A DNA stretch of 64,000 nucleotides from a virus. Positions within the stretch are counted from its first letter, which is position 1. Every line of letters starts with the position of its first letter. Where the stretch lies: the IMG/VR virus record IMGVR_UViG_3300036828_000771, positions 1-64,000 of that record, one strand, 5' to 3'. Position numbers and translations under genes: made by a program. The notes below the pieces were generated by a model. The model was not told the origin of the DNA and did no database searches. It worked only from the letters and a program-made list of their open reading frames with translations. Positions 36,068 through 44,733 of this stretch are shown here, piece after piece.

Positions 36068-36277
36068 TTACTGCGCGTCGACCTGAGCCTGAAGCTCCTC
36101 GACCTTGGCCTCGGCTTCCTGCCAGAGCATCACGATGCTCGACAGGCTGGGCCGGTGGCCGGTCTCGGTCTTGTACCGGGCGATGAAGTCGAACGCGGCT
36201 TGCGCCTTGCTGACCTGCGAGACCACGTTGAAGGCCTCGACCGCTGCCACGATTTTGTCGTTCACTTGATTGACCAT
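36068..36277 (-). CDS. Hypothetical protein
   Basis: ORF between elements C and B; exact start uncertain. Confidence 0.5.
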   Translation of the reverse strand: MVNQVNDKIVAAVEAFNVVSQVSKAQAAFDFIARYKTETGHRPSLSSIVMLWQEAEAKVEELQAQVDAQ

Positions 36278-36295
36278 CCTTTCGTTGTTGCTACT

Positions 36296-36339
36296 GACTC
36301 CTTGACCCCGCTCAGCGGTGTCATGCGCTGGCGGGGTTG
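36296..36339 (-). promoter_or_regulatory. Bulged-hairpin leader element C
   Basis: CAACCCCGC-CAGCG-loop-CGCTG-A-GCGGGG-TCA-AGGAGTC. Confidence 0.65.
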
Positions 36340-36494
36340 AGGGTCGGACAGGAGAGGCTGGAGCAGGCGGGGCTTTTCGCGTTTCCAAATGTTAAGGCGA
36401 AGTAGCCGGTCGGCTTTTCTCCTGATCTCTCACTGGGAGGGACCGTGCCGGGGTCGCCGGCCGCTTCGTCCCTCCCCACTAAGATGGGGATGGC

Positions 36495-36561
36495 ATGCCC
36501 TAAATCAAGGGCATGTGGATAACCTTTCCTGCCGTTTGCACATGCCCTGCATTTAGGGCAC
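36495..36561. promoter_or_regulatory. Pair of 20-bp palindromic operators
   Basis: ATGCCCTAAATCAAGGGCAT (36495-36514) and ATGCCCTGCATTTAGGGCAC (36542-36561). Confidence 0.75.
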
Positions 36562-37078
36562 GGGCCAGCCCGCGCTCCCGGGCACGTAGCTTGCGCAGCG
36601 CCGTCGCTGCGCGCTTGGCCTTGGTCTCCCAGCGCTTGATGGATGCCCGGGTGGCGTCGAGCTTGGCCGAGCGGGCCTCGACCGGGCTGGGCTTGGGCGG
36701 CGCAGCCTTGACCGGCTTGGGCAGGTGCCAGCCCTTGGCCAGCACATGCTGAATCATCTCCAGTTCGAGGGCGGCGTGCCGGGCGCTGTGCGCCTTGAAC
36801 CACCTCTTGCCGTGCCGCCGCTCGAACACCCAATGCGAGGCGTCGTGCACCATGCGCGGCAGACCGTTGCCTCGGGCGTACTGGGTGTCGGTGCCCTTCG
36901 GCGCAGCCCACGCGCGGTTCACGCGGTGACTCCACCATGGCCCTCGCAGGTGCTTGCCGCCGAATTTCTTCAGCAGCTTGTCGAAGATCGGCTTGGCCTC
37001 GGCGGCGGTGACGGGAGGCAACTTGACGTTGCCCCACGCATCGTTCACGTCGCTGTAGGAGGTGAGCGATTCCATCAC
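36500..37078 (-). CDS. Hypothetical basic protein
   Basis: MVHDASH..H..H motif; RWETKAKRA.TALRKL tail. Confidence 0.6.
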   Translation of the reverse strand: MMESLTSYSDVNDAWGNVKLPPVTAAEAKPIFDKLLKKFGGKHLRGPWWSHRVNRAWAAPKGTDTQYARGNGLPRMVHDASHWVFERRHGKRWFKAHSARHAALELEMIQHVLAKGWHLPKPVKAAPPKPSPVEARSAKLDATRASIKRWETKAKRAATALRKLRARERGLARALNAGHVQTAGKVIHMPLI

Positions 37079-37407
37079 GACACCTTCCTGCCCTTGGCGA
37101 TCAGCAGTCGCCAGTCGGCCATGCTGATCGTGACCTCATGCGTGCCGTCGCGGATGTGCATCTTGGCCGAGCCGTCTTCGGCTTCCGCCGCCCACACGAG
37201 GCGCTTGCCTGAGCCGAGCTTGGCCAGAGCGCTGGCCTTGGTGTTCGTGATGAACACTTCCCACCGCTCGGCATCGGCCCATCGCTCGCCTTCCGGCCGT
37301 GCGGCCTTCGGGAGCTTCTTCCATCTCCGCTCCTTCACCTTCTTCGCTGGCCCGCTGCGGATCAGGAAGGTGGGGATCGTGAGATCGTCGTTCGATTGAA
37401 ATAGCAA
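37075..37407 (-). CDS. Hypothetical protein
   Basis: TTG after GGAG; DLTIPTFLIR. Confidence 0.55.
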   Translation of the reverse strand: MLFQSNDDLTIPTFLIRSGPAKKVKERRWKKLPKAARPEGERWADAERWEVFITNTKASALAKLGSGKRLVWAAEAEDGSAKMHIRDGTHEVTISMADWRLLIAKGRKVS

Positions 37408-37425
37408 CTTAGACTCCGTTTGTTG

Positions 37426-37500
37426 ATGTCCACATTATAGGGCATGTCAACAACAAAGTCCATCCGCTGCATTTTGTGGTGTGTCCTAATTTAAGGGCAC
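37426..37500 (-). promoter_or_regulatory. Promoter with two operators
   Basis: TGGACT-N17-TATAAT (37434-37462); palindromes at 37426-37445 and 37481-37500. Confidence 0.7.
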
Positions 37501-37716
37501 TATCGTTGGGATGACTTGGAGTTCCTGCTCGAACTCGCGCAGCTTCTCCTCGTCATCGGTCTGCGGCTGCAACGCCATCACGAACACCACACAGGCAATG
37601 CCGCTGTCGGTCATGCCGTGCCAGATGCGACATGGGGTGAACTCCATGCCCTCATCAACGAGCAGGCTCGTCGGAATCTCAACGAAGTCTTCGGTCGATT
37701 CGATTACGATCTTCAT
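37486..37716 (-). CDS. Hypothetical protein
   Basis: MKIVIESTED..CRIWHG.TDSGI; RBS GAGGT. Confidence 0.55.
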   Translation of the reverse strand: MKIVIESTEDFVEIPTSLLVDEGMEFTPCRIWHGMTDSGIACVVFVMALQPQTDDEEKLREFEQELQVIPTIVPLN

Positions 37717-37742
37717 GATTGCTACCTCTTGGTCGTCATGCG

Positions 37743-38105
37743 TCACACCATGATCTTGGGCGGCAGTGGGATCGTCGCACGATGGGGTCGCCAGATGTGC
37801 AAGACATTCGGGTGGATGTTGATGTGATCGTCGACCGGCACATGGAGTTGCATCGCCACTTCGGTCGGCTTGAAGAACATCCGCTTGACGTACTCCATCT
37901 CCGCCCACGTCGGCGTGCGACCAGCGACGCTGACGCTGACGTGGTCCCAGCCCTCGCCGTTGCTCGCGATGCAGCGCATGTAGAACAGGCCACACGGAAT
38001 CGCGAACGCGCCGCCACGGTCGTTGCCCTTGCCGCCGTACCTCCACGGCTCCGGGCAGTCTTTCAACGGCACCCGGTACTGTTCGAGTTCGCTGAGCTTC
38101 TTCAT
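37743..38105 (-). CDS. Conserved-looking phage hypothetical protein
   Basis: GWDHVSVS..RTPTW.EM..VK..FF..HPNVLHIW. Confidence 0.7.
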   Translation of the reverse strand: MKKLSELEQYRVPLKDCPEPWRYGGKGNDRGGAFAIPCGLFYMRCIASNGEGWDHVSVSVAGRTPTWAEMEYVKRMFFKPTEVAMQLHVPVDDHINIHPNVLHIWRPHRATIPLPPKIMV

Positions 38106-38284
38106 TGCTTGGGCTCGAACTGTGACGGTGCCGGTGCATTCGCTCGTCTTTCCCCGGCCGCCATCCGCAGATATCTCAGGTATCTCAGTACCTGCTCGAC
38201 GGTGATTCCGACCTCAAGGCAGAGCGCCAATTCCTCGGCGATCTCGTCCGCCAGCTTTTCCGGCTCTGTGATAGGCTCGCTCAT
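38102..38284 (-). CDS. Hypothetical protein
   Basis: ATGA-coupled to 37743 gene; no clear RBS. Confidence 0.4.
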   Translation of the reverse strand: MSEPITEPEKLADEIAEELALCLEVGITVEQVLRYLRYLRMAAGERRANAPAPSQFEPKQ

Positions 38285-38298
38285 TGGAGGACTCCATC

Positions 38299-38745
38299 AT
38301 GCCAACCGAAATGCTCAGTCCCCATTTCGCCCTCAGCGAGTTCACGATCAGCGAGACCGCAGGCCGTCACGGTCTCGACAATACGCCGCCGCCCGAGATC
38401 GTCGAGGAACTGCGCAAGATGGCGGCGCTGATGGAGAGGGTGCGCACCTTGCTCGGCGACAAGCCGATCCAGATCACCAGCGGCTACCGTGCGCCTGCGG
38501 TCAACGCTGCGGTCGGCTCCAGTGCGTTCTCGCACCACTGCAAGGGACAGGCCGTCGATTTCATCTGCCCGGGATTCGGGACGCCGCGTGAGATCGCCGA
38601 GGCGTTGCTGCCGCACCTGCACACCCTCGAAATCGATCAACTGATCTGGGAGTTCGGATCGTGGGTCCATCTCAGCCACCATGACACGCCCCGCAAGATG
38701 GCGCTGACGATTGATCATGGTGGCACCCGGTCAGGGATCGGCTGA
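38299..38745 (+). CDS. Peptidase M15A (D-Ala-D-Ala type) endolysin
   Basis: LSPHFALSEF, PIQITSGYR..VN.AVG...SHH..GQAVD, DQLIWE..WVHLS; RBS GGAGG. Confidence 0.9.
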   Translation: MPTEMLSPHFALSEFTISETAGRHGLDNTPPPEIVEELRKMAALMERVRTLLGDKPIQITSGYRAPAVNAAVGSSAFSHHCKGQAVDFICPGFGTPREIAEALLPHLHTLEIDQLIWEFGSWVHLSHHDTPRKMALTIDHGGTRSGIG

Positions 38746-38747
38746 CT

Positions 38748-39026
38748 TCACGGCTCGACCGGCTGCTCTCCTTCATCCAGTTCTGGCGGTTGGTTCTTGT
38801 GCAAGCGCCACACCTCCATGTGCTCGGCGCACACCAGCGCTTCCTTGACCTGAGCCTCGTCGTCGGCAGGCTTTTCGCCCGCGTCGATGGCCTCCTGCCG
38901 GCGGACCGCCCACAGGCGCACGAGATTGGCGGCAGCAGGATCGCGCCCCATCAGCAGGAAGTAGGGCTCGTCCGGTTCGAGGTTGGCGTAGCAGTCGTAG
39001 GGACTCGGCCTTGCCTTGGTTCCCAT
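38748..39026 (-). CDS. Hypothetical protein
   Basis: YDCY....PDEP.F.L.GRDP.A..LVR.W; RBS AAGGAGG. Confidence 0.6.
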   Translation of the reverse strand: MGTKARPSPYDCYANLEPDEPYFLLMGRDPAAANLVRLWAVRRQEAIDAGEKPADDEAQVKEALVCAEHMEVWRLHKNQPPELDEGEQPVEP

Positions 39027-39028
39027 GG

Positions 39029-40816
39029 TCATCCCTCCTTCAGAAAACAGATGCTGGTGGCGGCAACAGTCTGCGGCGTCGGGTAGTCGAGTACGCCCAT
39101 GGCGCGCAGCCGGCCGAGGTTCTGGGCGAACGAGCCCGAGCCCGGCGACACGCCGACCGTCTCCGCGAGGTCCTGCTTGCCCGGCGCGCGCGGCCAGACC
39201 CGGATCAGTTCCCGCATGATGCTGGCCCTTGCAGGCGTCAGGCGGGAGAACAGCGCTGCGTGGACCTCCTCCTGCGAGGCGGTGGTCCTGCGGGCCTGTA
39301 TCTCGCCCTGTGGCGTCAGCGCCGCCGTGTCGGGGCTTGGGTAGGCCAGCAGACCCGAGGCCTTCAGGGCGGCCAGATTCTGGGCGTAGCTGCCCGATCC
39401 CGGGCTCACCCCGGACCACAGCGCCACCTGAGCCTTGGTCGGCTGACCGACCCGCATGGCGGCGAAGAAGGCCAGCATGTTGAGGATGCGCTGCTGGGCC
39501 GGCGGCAGGCTGCCGTCGCCGTGAGCAACTTTCTTTTCCGTAGCTCGGGATGCAGTAGCTGGGCGCAGCACCTCGGGCGGCTCGCCAGTCCATGGCGTGT
39601 CGGGCACCGGGTGCGCCGGCCGCTCACCTTTTCCCCCGGCGCGGTGGTACTGAGGATTCTCTTCTCTGTGAGCGGGCTCTGCGGTCGCGCCGGCCGTGAT
39701 GCCGACGCGCATCGTGTGGGAGATGACCTTGATCTCCTCCTCGATCTTGTCGCGCAGCGCGAACAGCTTCTCCCGGGCATCGTTGAACGCCGGGATCGCG
39801 GCCTCCATGGCCAGTCGCCGACCGTGCTCGCGGACGCTGGCGATCAGCTTGTCGTCCAGCATGGGCGGCACCGGGGCCTTCAGTCGCGCCTCCAGTTCGG
39901 CGACGCGACGGCGCAACTCGGTGGGATCGTTGGCCTTGAACTCGGCCTCGATCTGCGGCAGTTCGCCGAGCAGCTTGGTGACGAAGCTCTCGACGTTCAC
40001 CGGCTGGGTTTTGACCTTGACCTCGCCGCGCAGCACCCGGCGATCCGGGTGGAAGGAATCCTTGGGCGGCACCTTCACCAGCACCGGCTTGTCGGAGCGC
40101 TCCAGCCACACCCAGCACTGGCCGGTCGGCAGCGTGGCCAGAGTCTTGATGATTGGCTTGGCGTCCTGCACATCGGCGATGTCGAACCACTTCGACAAAT
40201 TCATTAGCGAGTTGCGGCCTTTCTGCCGGTGCAGGAACAGGTTGTCGCACAGTTCGAGGACGGATTTGTTCACCTCTTCGGAGCGCTGGTTGATCAGCGT
40301 GCAGCCCAGCCGCTGATTGCCGCCCAGCCGCACCAGCCGCTCCACCTCGGCGTAGACCAGCCCGTCGTTGATCCGCTGCGGCACGAACTCGGCCGCCTCC
40401 TCGATGAAGACATGACGCAGGCCATGGTCATGGTTCTTGTTCATAAGCAGGCGCACGCAGTCGCGCACGATGCGCCGCCAGTCGGCCTTGCTGAGATCGC
40501 CGGCAAGGTTCAGCACCAACGACACGCCGCTCTGGAGCGCGGCCTCGACGATCTTCGGAGCCGTCATCGGATTGAGCGGCATGTCACCATGCTCACCGAC
40601 CACCACGACAGGCCGACCCTTGCCTTTCCCGGGCACACGCAGGAAGCGCCAGACGCCGGTCGGATCGAAGACGGTCAGCGGGATTCCGGCGTCGTACAGA
40701 TGCTCGGCGATCTCCGTCCCGGTGTATGTTTTCCCTGAATCCCGTATCCCGAGGATGCCATTGGCGCGGCTGCCGATCTCGACTGGGTCGAGCTTCAGGC
40801 TGCCGAACTTGAACAC
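39029..40816 (-). CDS. HerA/FtsK-like (DUF87) ATPase with tandem C-terminal winged helices
   Basis: Walker A GIRDSGKT, FDPTG, Walker B FIEEA, RLGG, NQR; two GVSPGSGS.AQNL repeats. Confidence 0.75.
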   Translation of the reverse strand: MFKFGSLKLDPVEIGSRANGILGIRDSGKTYTGTEIAEHLYDAGIPLTVFDPTGVWRFLRVPGKGKGRPVVVVGEHGDMPLNPMTAPKIVEAALQSGVSLVLNLAGDLSKADWRRIVRDCVRLLMNKNHDHGLRHVFIEEAAEFVPQRINDGLVYAEVERLVRLGGNQRLGCTLINQRSEEVNKSVLELCDNLFLHRQKGRNSLMNLSKWFDIADVQDAKPIIKTLATLPTGQCWVWLERSDKPVLVKVPPKDSFHPDRRVLRGEVKVKTQPVNVESFVTKLLGELPQIEAEFKANDPTELRRRVAELEARLKAPVPPMLDDKLIASVREHGRRLAMEAAIPAFNDAREKLFALRDKIEEEIKVISHTMRVGITAGATAEPAHREENPQYHRAGGKGERPAHPVPDTPWTGEPPEVLRPATASRATEKKVAHGDGSLPPAQQRILNMLAFFAAMRVGQPTKAQVALWSGVSPGSGSYAQNLAALKASGLLAYPSPDTAALTPQGEIQARRTTASQEEVHAALFSRLTPARASIMRELIRVWPRAPGKQDLAETVGVSPGSGSFAQNLGRLRAMGVLDYPTPQTVAATSICFLKEG

Positions 40817-40817
40817 G

Positions 40818-41177
40818 TCAGAACCACACCTTGGCGTCGAACAGCACGGCCGGGCCGTAGATCGCAGGCGGATCGATCAGCGCCGGATTCTCCGGGTCGT
40901 GCGTGCGCATGTTGTTGAGGTAGATTTTGGTTGCCTTGTCGTTGCGCGGCAGCCCCTTCAGAGCGCTCATCTCGTCCACGAACATATCGAGGTACTGGCC
41001 GGTCCAGAACACGTTGACATGCTCGTACTCCTCCGCCGGTTCGAGCGCCGTCAGGATGTAGGGCTTCAGGAGTTCAAACACCGGCGTGCCGTCCGGGTTC
41101 AGTTCGACCGAGATCAGTTTCCCGGTCTTCTTCCCGGCCGCCGTCATCACGATCATCTGCAACAGCGTTTGCGCCAT
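40818..41177 (-). CDS. DUF3846-like protein (second copy)
   Basis: MFVDE...KGLPRN.KAT..IYGPAVL. Confidence 0.55.
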   Translation of the reverse strand: MAQTLLQMIVMTAAGKKTGKLISVELNPDGTPVFELLKPYILTALEPAEEYEHVNVFWTGQYLDMFVDEMSALKGLPRNDKATKIYLNNMRTHDPENPALIDPPAIYGPAVLFDAKVWF

Positions 41178-41196
41178 CTCACGCCTCCCCGGATAA

Positions 41197-41312
41197 ATCG
41201 GCCCGACCTAACCGCATCGGGGTTCTTTCTACCCCTTAGCGGGCTACTGGGCCGGGCCGACTCGTCCACCGGGGCCGTTGTCAGGTCCCCGGTAGCTAGT
41301 GACGGGTGTACC
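41197..41312. ncRNA. Candidate structured RNA/leader
   Basis: Hairpins TGACGGGT/ACCCGTCA and ACCGGGG/CCCCGGT, plus TCGGCCCG/CGGGCCGA enclosing CCGC/GCGG and GGGGT/ACCCC. Confidence 0.35.
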
Positions 41313-41319
41313 CGACCCG

Positions 41320-41595
41320 TCAGTGTTTCGTTTCTACCGCTTCGCCAACCTCGACGCCCGCCGCTTTGAACATCTCTTTGTTGCCGGCGATGTCGTCGTC
41401 CTGCAATTCCTTCCACTCGCCCTCAGTATAGGGCAGGGAAGGATGATAGGGCATGCGTCCCGTCAAGGTCATGACGCCCTTCCGCTTCTCGTAGATCAGC
41501 GCCGTGCGCGGACAGCACCACACCCCGCCCTCTTGCAGCGAGTCGAACAGTTTCTCCGCCCATGCGATGCAGGCCGGATTGGTTGGGTAAATCAT
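41320..41595 (-). CDS. Hypothetical protein
   Basis: ATGA-coupled; EGGVW..PR. Confidence 0.55.
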   Translation of the reverse strand: MIYPTNPACIAWAEKLFDSLQEGGVWCCPRTALIYEKRKGVMTLTGRMPYHPSLPYTEGEWKELQDDDIAGNKEMFKAAGVEVGEAVETKH

Positions 41596-42623
41596 TGCTC
41601 GCTCGCGCGCGGCGGCTCAGCGCCGGGCTTGCCGCCAGCGCGCAGGTGCAAGCGCCAAGCGTTGGCCACGTCGAACAGGCGCTTGTGCTCGGGCGGCCGG
41701 TTCTTCGCCAGCCACTGCACCTGCTTCTGGACCTGCGGTTCGGCCATGATCGCGTCGACCTTCTCCCCGGTGTCCTGCTCTTTGATGCGCTTCAATAACT
41801 CGGTGACGCCCTGCGTGATCTTGTCGGGCGCACCTTTTGCCCACAGTGCCAGATACGCGCCGGGCTGCTCGCCGATCTGCACGCCGTCAGGAAAGTAGCC
41901 GAGATGGTCCTCGTGAATCTTGCGCGGCAGCTTGTAGTCGACGACACCCGGTGCGGCGCTGCTCAGCGTGATCAGCGTCGTCAACTCGAACATGAAACGC
42001 TGATCGCCGATGGGCTGCCAGCCCAGCGACTGGATGCCGCCGCCGGTGGTCGGCTTCACCCGCTCCTCGGCGCGGAAGCAGAAGATGATCGGGATTTTCC
42101 TCTGAAGGAAGCTGTTCACCATCGACTTGTGCGCCGACTTCGGCTTGATCCACGCGCGCATGTTCTGGCGCTCACGCTTGGCCTCGTCTTCGCCTGCGAA
42201 CCTGTCGAGTTCGTGGTCATGCCATTCCAGCACGCCGCCATCGCCCGCCCACTCATGGCTCATCGAATCGATGATCAGGCAGTCGTACTTGGCAGCCTCG
42301 GCGTCCTCGGCCAGCTTGCGGAAGACCGGCGGCTCGAACGGCGGCAGGATGTCGGTGACATCGAACTTGTCGTGACCGGCGTAGTAGCTCATGCGGCGGC
42401 CCTCGGTGTCGCCCGCTGCAATCCTGCCGTTCGGCCCAACCATGCCACGCGCCAGCCTGAGCGCTGACTTGGTCTTACCCGAGCCGGTGCCACCGGCCAA
42501 TCCGACGAACACATTGATGTTCTCGCGCTTGGCCGGCTGGAAGTTGTAGCGAATGACGTTGCTGTTGGTGTTGGTTGGCGGAGGGGATTGCTGCTCTTTC
42601 GGTGGTGTTGGTGTCTTGGCCAT
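41592..42623 (-). CDS. Sak4-like AAA ATPase (recombinase)
   Basis: GGTGSGKTKSAL, DTE, LIIDSMSHEW.G.GG, IFCFRA; adjacent to exonuclease. Confidence 0.8.
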   Translation of the reverse strand: MAKTPTPPKEQQSPPPTNTNSNVIRYNFQPAKRENINVFVGLAGGTGSGKTKSALRLARGMVGPNGRIAAGDTEGRRMSYYAGHDKFDVTDILPPFEPPVFRKLAEDAEAAKYDCLIIDSMSHEWAGDGGVLEWHDHELDRFAGEDEAKRERQNMRAWIKPKSAHKSMVNSFLQRKIPIIFCFRAEERVKPTTGGGIQSLGWQPIGDQRFMFELTTLITLSSAAPGVVDYKLPRKIHEDHLGYFPDGVQIGEQPGAYLALWAKGAPDKITQGVTELLKRIKEQDTGEKVDAIMAEPQVQKQVQWLAKNRPPEHKRLFDVANAWRLHLRAGGKPGAEPPRASEQ

Positions 42624-42634
42624 GCGAGTCCTCT

Positions 42635-42940
42635 TCATGCGTTGCCTTCCGCTGGGCTGTCGAGGGCGAGGAACATGGCGCGGTAGCGTGCCACCGCCGC
42701 CTCGTCGCCCTTGACCGTATGATCGAAGAAGTGCCGGCACGCCGCGATCATGCTGGCACGGTCGTCGTCGGTCTCGGAGGTGCAGATGCGCGTGTAGATC
42801 ACGCCCAGCAGGGCATTGATCTCGACATCAGCCTCGGGCTTCTGGTTCCGACAGATGCCGTACACGTCGAGGATCACCATCAGGTGCTCGCCCAGCGCCT
42901 TGACCTCGACCTCGTCAGGGAACGTGACCTCTTTCTTCAC
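42635..42940 (-). CDS. Hypothetical protein
   Basis: GTGA overlap with exonuclease stop. Confidence 0.5.
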   Translation of the reverse strand: MKKEVTFPDEVEVKALGEHLMVILDVYGICRNQKPEADVEINALLGVIYTRICTSETDDDRASMIAACRHFFDHTVKGDEAAVARYRAMFLALDSPAEGNA

Positions 42941-43896
42941 TGCGGCCTCTGCCAAAGGGCGATGCGGTTCAGTGCGTCGAGCCGGCGCTGCTCCTTCAGG
43001 TTCGAGCGCCAGAACGCGGGATCGAGCGGCGCGGCGTCGCTGTCGTAGCCGGGCCATTCGTTCTTGGCCATGCAGACCGACCACATATCGATGCCGACCT
43101 CGACCAGTGTCGAGGCTTCGAGCGCCGCCTGATTGCCCATCCTGACGATGGACAGCCCGTAGGGCGGCTTCTGTTCGAGCACGATCCACATGAACTCGAC
43201 CGTTTGGATGCTCGGCAGCAGTGCCTTCAGGCCGCGCTCGTAGAATCCCGCCTGATAGTCGTAGGCTTGGTCGAAGAATACCGACTGCCAGTCCAGCGGG
43301 TGCGCAGAGCCGGCCGTCGTCTTCAGTTCTGGCACCGTGATGTGAGTGCCGCCCTTGCGCACTTCGTCGTGCAGGTAGTCGAGCCGACTGCGGCACCACA
43401 CGCCGCCGCGATCCTTCCACGCCATGGTGAGTTCGGCCTGTCCGCCGGTGAACAGCTTGTCGAGACCTTCGTTGGCCAGTTGCTCCTTGGCCGCCTTCTC
43501 GATCTCCAGCACGATCTCCATGTCCGGGTTCACGAGCGGGATGAGCCCGGCGTCGCGCGCCTCGTCGCGTTCGTCCTGCGCGTCATGCTTCTTGTAATCA
43601 TCGTAGGGGATCACGGCGATGTTCGCGCCCTCGCCGAGGATCAGCGAGTGAACCGCCGACCCGATGTCCCTCACCCGGTTGGTTTTCTCTTCTGTCTCCA
43701 GAATGTTCGGGTTGAGTCTTGGGTGCCAGTAGCGTGCGTGGCGCGGCGAGCGGTTCACCATCATCTTGCAGATGGTGTTGTTGAGCGACGGCTCGACCAC
43801 CGGGTCCTCCAGATAGCGGGGCTCGGAGATGCCCGGGTAGAAGCCGGGCTTGTCGATGACCTTGGGTGGTTTGGGTGGGCGCTTGGTTCTTGCCAT
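42937..43896 (-). CDS. RecE/exonuclease VIII-like PD-(D/E)XK nuclease
   Basis: IGSAVH..ILG, CRSRLD, ELKTT, YDYQAGFY, EQKPPY, WPGY. Confidence 0.85.
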   Translation of the reverse strand: MARTKRPPKPPKVIDKPGFYPGISEPRYLEDPVVEPSLNNTICKMMVNRSPRHARYWHPRLNPNILETEEKTNRVRDIGSAVHSLILGEGANIAVIPYDDYKKHDAQDERDEARDAGLIPLVNPDMEIVLEIEKAAKEQLANEGLDKLFTGGQAELTMAWKDRGGVWCRSRLDYLHDEVRKGGTHITVPELKTTAGSAHPLDWQSVFFDQAYDYQAGFYERGLKALLPSIQTVEFMWIVLEQKPPYGLSIVRMGNQAALEASTLVEVGIDMWSVCMAKNEWPGYDSDAAPLDPAFWRSNLKEQRRLDALNRIALWQRPQ

Positions 43897-43905
43897 GGTT
43901 CACAT

Positions 43906-44427
43906 TTAGGGCATCTGCCAGTTTCTGTCACTGTGGACAGTTTCCGGCTGCTGGCGTGAGCGCGTGCTCACTTTGGGCCGCCCGAAGTAGCGCCATGGCT
44001 TCTCCGACCTGTCGACGCGAAGCATGAGGCCCAGCATCGCAGCGTTGTCCTGAAAGCTGATCGCCTGCCAACCCAGCACCGGCAGCATTTCGGGGCGGGT
44101 CACGCCTTCAGGACGCATCAAGTGGCGCTCGATCATCTTCATCTTGCTGCCGCGTGTGGTCTTCAGGGGCTCCTCGGGCTCCTCGGGGAGCGGCTCGTCC
44201 TTGCGGCCTTTCAGGTAGCTCTCGATCAACGGCAGGCAATGCCGGCAGAAGTGGCTGACCGTCGTGGTGTCGATCAGTTTGTCGGGCCGGTCGACTTTGG
44301 TGGTCTCGACGCGCAGCCAGCCTCGTGGGAGTCGGACAAATGACTTGTCGTCCGTTAGCTTGATGCCGTCGCTCTCGATGACCTTGCAGCCATCACAGCG
44401 GAAGCGGCCGATAGACTTGAAACTCAT
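43906..44427 (-). CDS. Zn-ribbon plus winged-helix (DUF3489-like) protein
   Basis: CDGC..HFCRHC; SK...I...L.RPEGVT..EM...LGWQ; RBS GGAGG. Confidence 0.5.
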   Translation of the reverse strand: MSFKSIGRFRCDGCKVIESDGIKLTDDKSFVRLPRGWLRVETTKVDRPDKLIDTTTVSHFCRHCLPLIESYLKGRKDEPLPEEPEEPLKTTRGSKMKMIERHLMRPEGVTRPEMLPVLGWQAISFQDNAAMLGLMLRVDRSEKPWRYFGRPKVSTRSRQQPETVHSDRNWQMP

Positions 44428-44439
44428 CTCATCCTCCAG

Positions 44440-44485
44440 AAAAAATTGCCGGTCGCGAGTAGCTTCCCACGCCAACTCCACCGGC
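44440..44485 (-). terminator. Probable intrinsic terminator
   Basis: GCCGGT...ACCGGC stem followed by AATTTTTT on the - strand. Confidence 0.5.
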
Positions 44486-44529
44486 CCTCGACTCCACGGC
44501 ACACCCATATCGTGGCGTCGAGCAGTCCA

Positions 44530-44733
44530 TCATGGGCGCTTCTCGAAATCGAAGACCTTGTTGTTGTCGTCCGTGATCGACACGCGCGGCCGACCGGCCC
44601 GCAACTGCCGGCGCACCTTGCGCCGCACGGAGCGCTTGGCGTTGATCTTCAGGTCGGTCCATGCCCGCTTGACCGATGGGAAATACTCGCCGTTGACGAG
44701 GACTTTGATGCGCGATCTGTCAAAGTCCATCAT
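44530..44733 (-). CDS. Hypothetical protein
   Basis: VLVNGEYFPSVKRA (NUMOD1-like); RBS AAGGA. Confidence 0.5.
   Translation of the reverse strand: MMDFDRSRIKVLVNGEYFPSVKRAWTDLKINAKRSVRRKVRRQLRAGRPRVSITDDNNKVFDFEKRP

Noticed and set aside
31039-37500. CRISPR array or integron attC array explaining the repeats
   Set aside because: Repeats are separated by whole genes, not 30-40 nt spacers; no cas genes or integron integrase; no consistent RYYYAAC/GTTRRRY boxes
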